DNA of 64,000 bases. It comes from a virus. Location: IMG/VR virus record IMGVR_UViG_3300046747_000672, positions 49,763 through 113,762 of that record, one strand, 5' to 3'. Both the position numbers and the translations under genes were made by a program. Of this stretch, positions 63,257 through 64,000 are shown in pieces. Positions within the stretch are counted from its first letter, which is position 1. Every line of letters starts with the position of its first letter. The notes beneath the pieces are model-generated. The model was not told the origin of the DNA and ran no database searches. It was given only the letters and a program-made list of their open reading frames with translations.

Positions 63257-64000
63257 ATGCCGTTCGGCGTTGTCACAGCGCCCGCTGCCGCGGGTGCGCC
63301 GAGCGCGTACGGCGCCATCTCGGTTCAGATCGGAAGCGTCGTTCTCACATCGTTTCGGAGCTTCCGCTTCACGCAGCACTTTCTCACGCCGACCGACTCG
63401 TTCTCGTTCGAGCTGTCGACGGACGTCATGACCGACGAGGTCCTTGACGCCGTCTTCACCCCTGGCGTGAAGGTTTCGATCTTTATCGACGATGCGAAGC
63501 AGTTCACCGGGTACATCGACGTCGTCGACACGTCGAACGCGGGCCGGCACGAGGGGAGCTCGATCACGATCGAAGGACGCGACGCGATGTCGCCCGTCAT
63601 CGACTCGCAGATCGACCCCGACCACCACTACCCGGACAATACGCCGCTCGACAAGTTGCTGCGCGACACGCTCGCGCCGTGGTTCGAGAAATTCGACATC
63701 ACGAACGAGGCGAACATCGACGTCGCCGCGGGGAAGGCGGCTCGCGCGAAGCTGAAGCGTCGCACGAAGCGAAAGACCAAGGCCCTCAGCCAGTACCCGA
63801 TTCCGAAGAGCAAGCCCGAGCACAACGACAGCTTCTTCGTGTTCCTGTCGCGCATCACGCAGCGCTACGGACTCTGGATCTGGCCGAGCGTCGACGGCGA
63901 TACGGCGATCGTCGGCAAGCCCAACTTCGATCAGGAGCCTTGCTGCCAACTACGGCGGCGACGGCAGCAGACGGTCGCAGGATTCGGCCGAGCGATGGGC
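63257..64000 (+). CDS. Mu gpP-like baseplate hub protein, truncated by window edge (not in ORF track)
   Basis: Open from ATG 63257 to the end: TPTDSFSF...FTGYID...IEGRDAMSPVIDS...FLSRITQRYGLWIW. Confidence 0.85.
   Translation, partial: MPFGVVTAPAAAGAPSAYGAISVQIGSVVLTSFRSFRFTQHFLTPTDSFSFELSTDVMTDEVLDAVFTPGVKVSIFIDDAKQFTGYIDVVDTSNAGRHEGSSITIEGRDAMSPVIDSQIDPDHHYPDNTPLDKLLRDTLAPWFEKFDITNEANIDVAAGKAARAKLKRRTKRKTKALSQYPIPKSKPEHNDSFFVFLSRITQRYGLWIWPSVDGDTAIVGKPNFDQEPCCQLRRRRQQTVAGFGRAMG

Larger units (their letters stand above)
1..64000. mobile_element. Temperate myovirus-type phage/prophage (lambdoid control region, Mu-like contractile tail); both ends lie outside the window
   Basis: Divergent repressor/cro switch, recombination and replication modules, and terminase-portal-capsid-sheath-tube-TMP-baseplate gene order; dense ATGA/GTGA-coupled small ORFs. 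Confidence 0.97.

Noticed and set aside
57194-63949. Long minus-strand ORFs 57194-59095 and 62081-63949 (also 50908-52476)
   Set aside because: Antisense shadows of sheath, baseplate and scaffold genes caused by codon bias
1-64000. CRISPR array, tRNA/tmRNA, DGR or retron reverse transcriptase, integrase/att, transposase, holin-endolysin cassette, stop-codon reassignment
   Set aside because: No spaced direct repeats, tRNA T-loop cloverleaf, YxDD RT, recombinase or DDE motifs recognised by eye; genes end normally at TGA, TAG or TAA. Integrase and lysis genes probably lie outside the window

Overview
The whole 64 kb window is one temperate tailed phage or prophage from a high-GC host. A myxobacterial (Polyangiales-like) host is a weak inference from GC content and the KGG stress protein. 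The layout is lambdoid. (1) Leftward early arm, 1-14.3 kb: ASCH protein, a C5 DNA methyltransferase split over two overlapping frames, RecE/RecT-like pair, SLT-like protein, lipoproteins. (2) Immunity region, 14.3-16.1 kb: degenerate ImmA/IrrE-like gene, candidate ~200-nt structured RNA, XRE repressor, Cro-like gene, and paired operators over sigma70-type PL and PR. (3) Rightward early arm, 16.1-42.6 kb: about 60 small translationally coupled genes, including Dam-like MTase, DEDD exonuclease, primase, iteron-bearing initiator, DnaB-like helicase, MazG-like, KGG, RuvC-like, antirepressor and a Q-position regulator. (4) Late region: structured leader, TerS/TerL, a portal split over two frames, MuF-like protein, GroES-like co-chaperonin, scaffold, major capsid, neck and a Mu-like contractile tail that runs off the right edge. 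No integrase, lysis cassette, tRNA, CRISPR or reverse transcriptase is visible. All family assignments come from motif recognition by eye, not database searches, and RNA stems were paired by hand.
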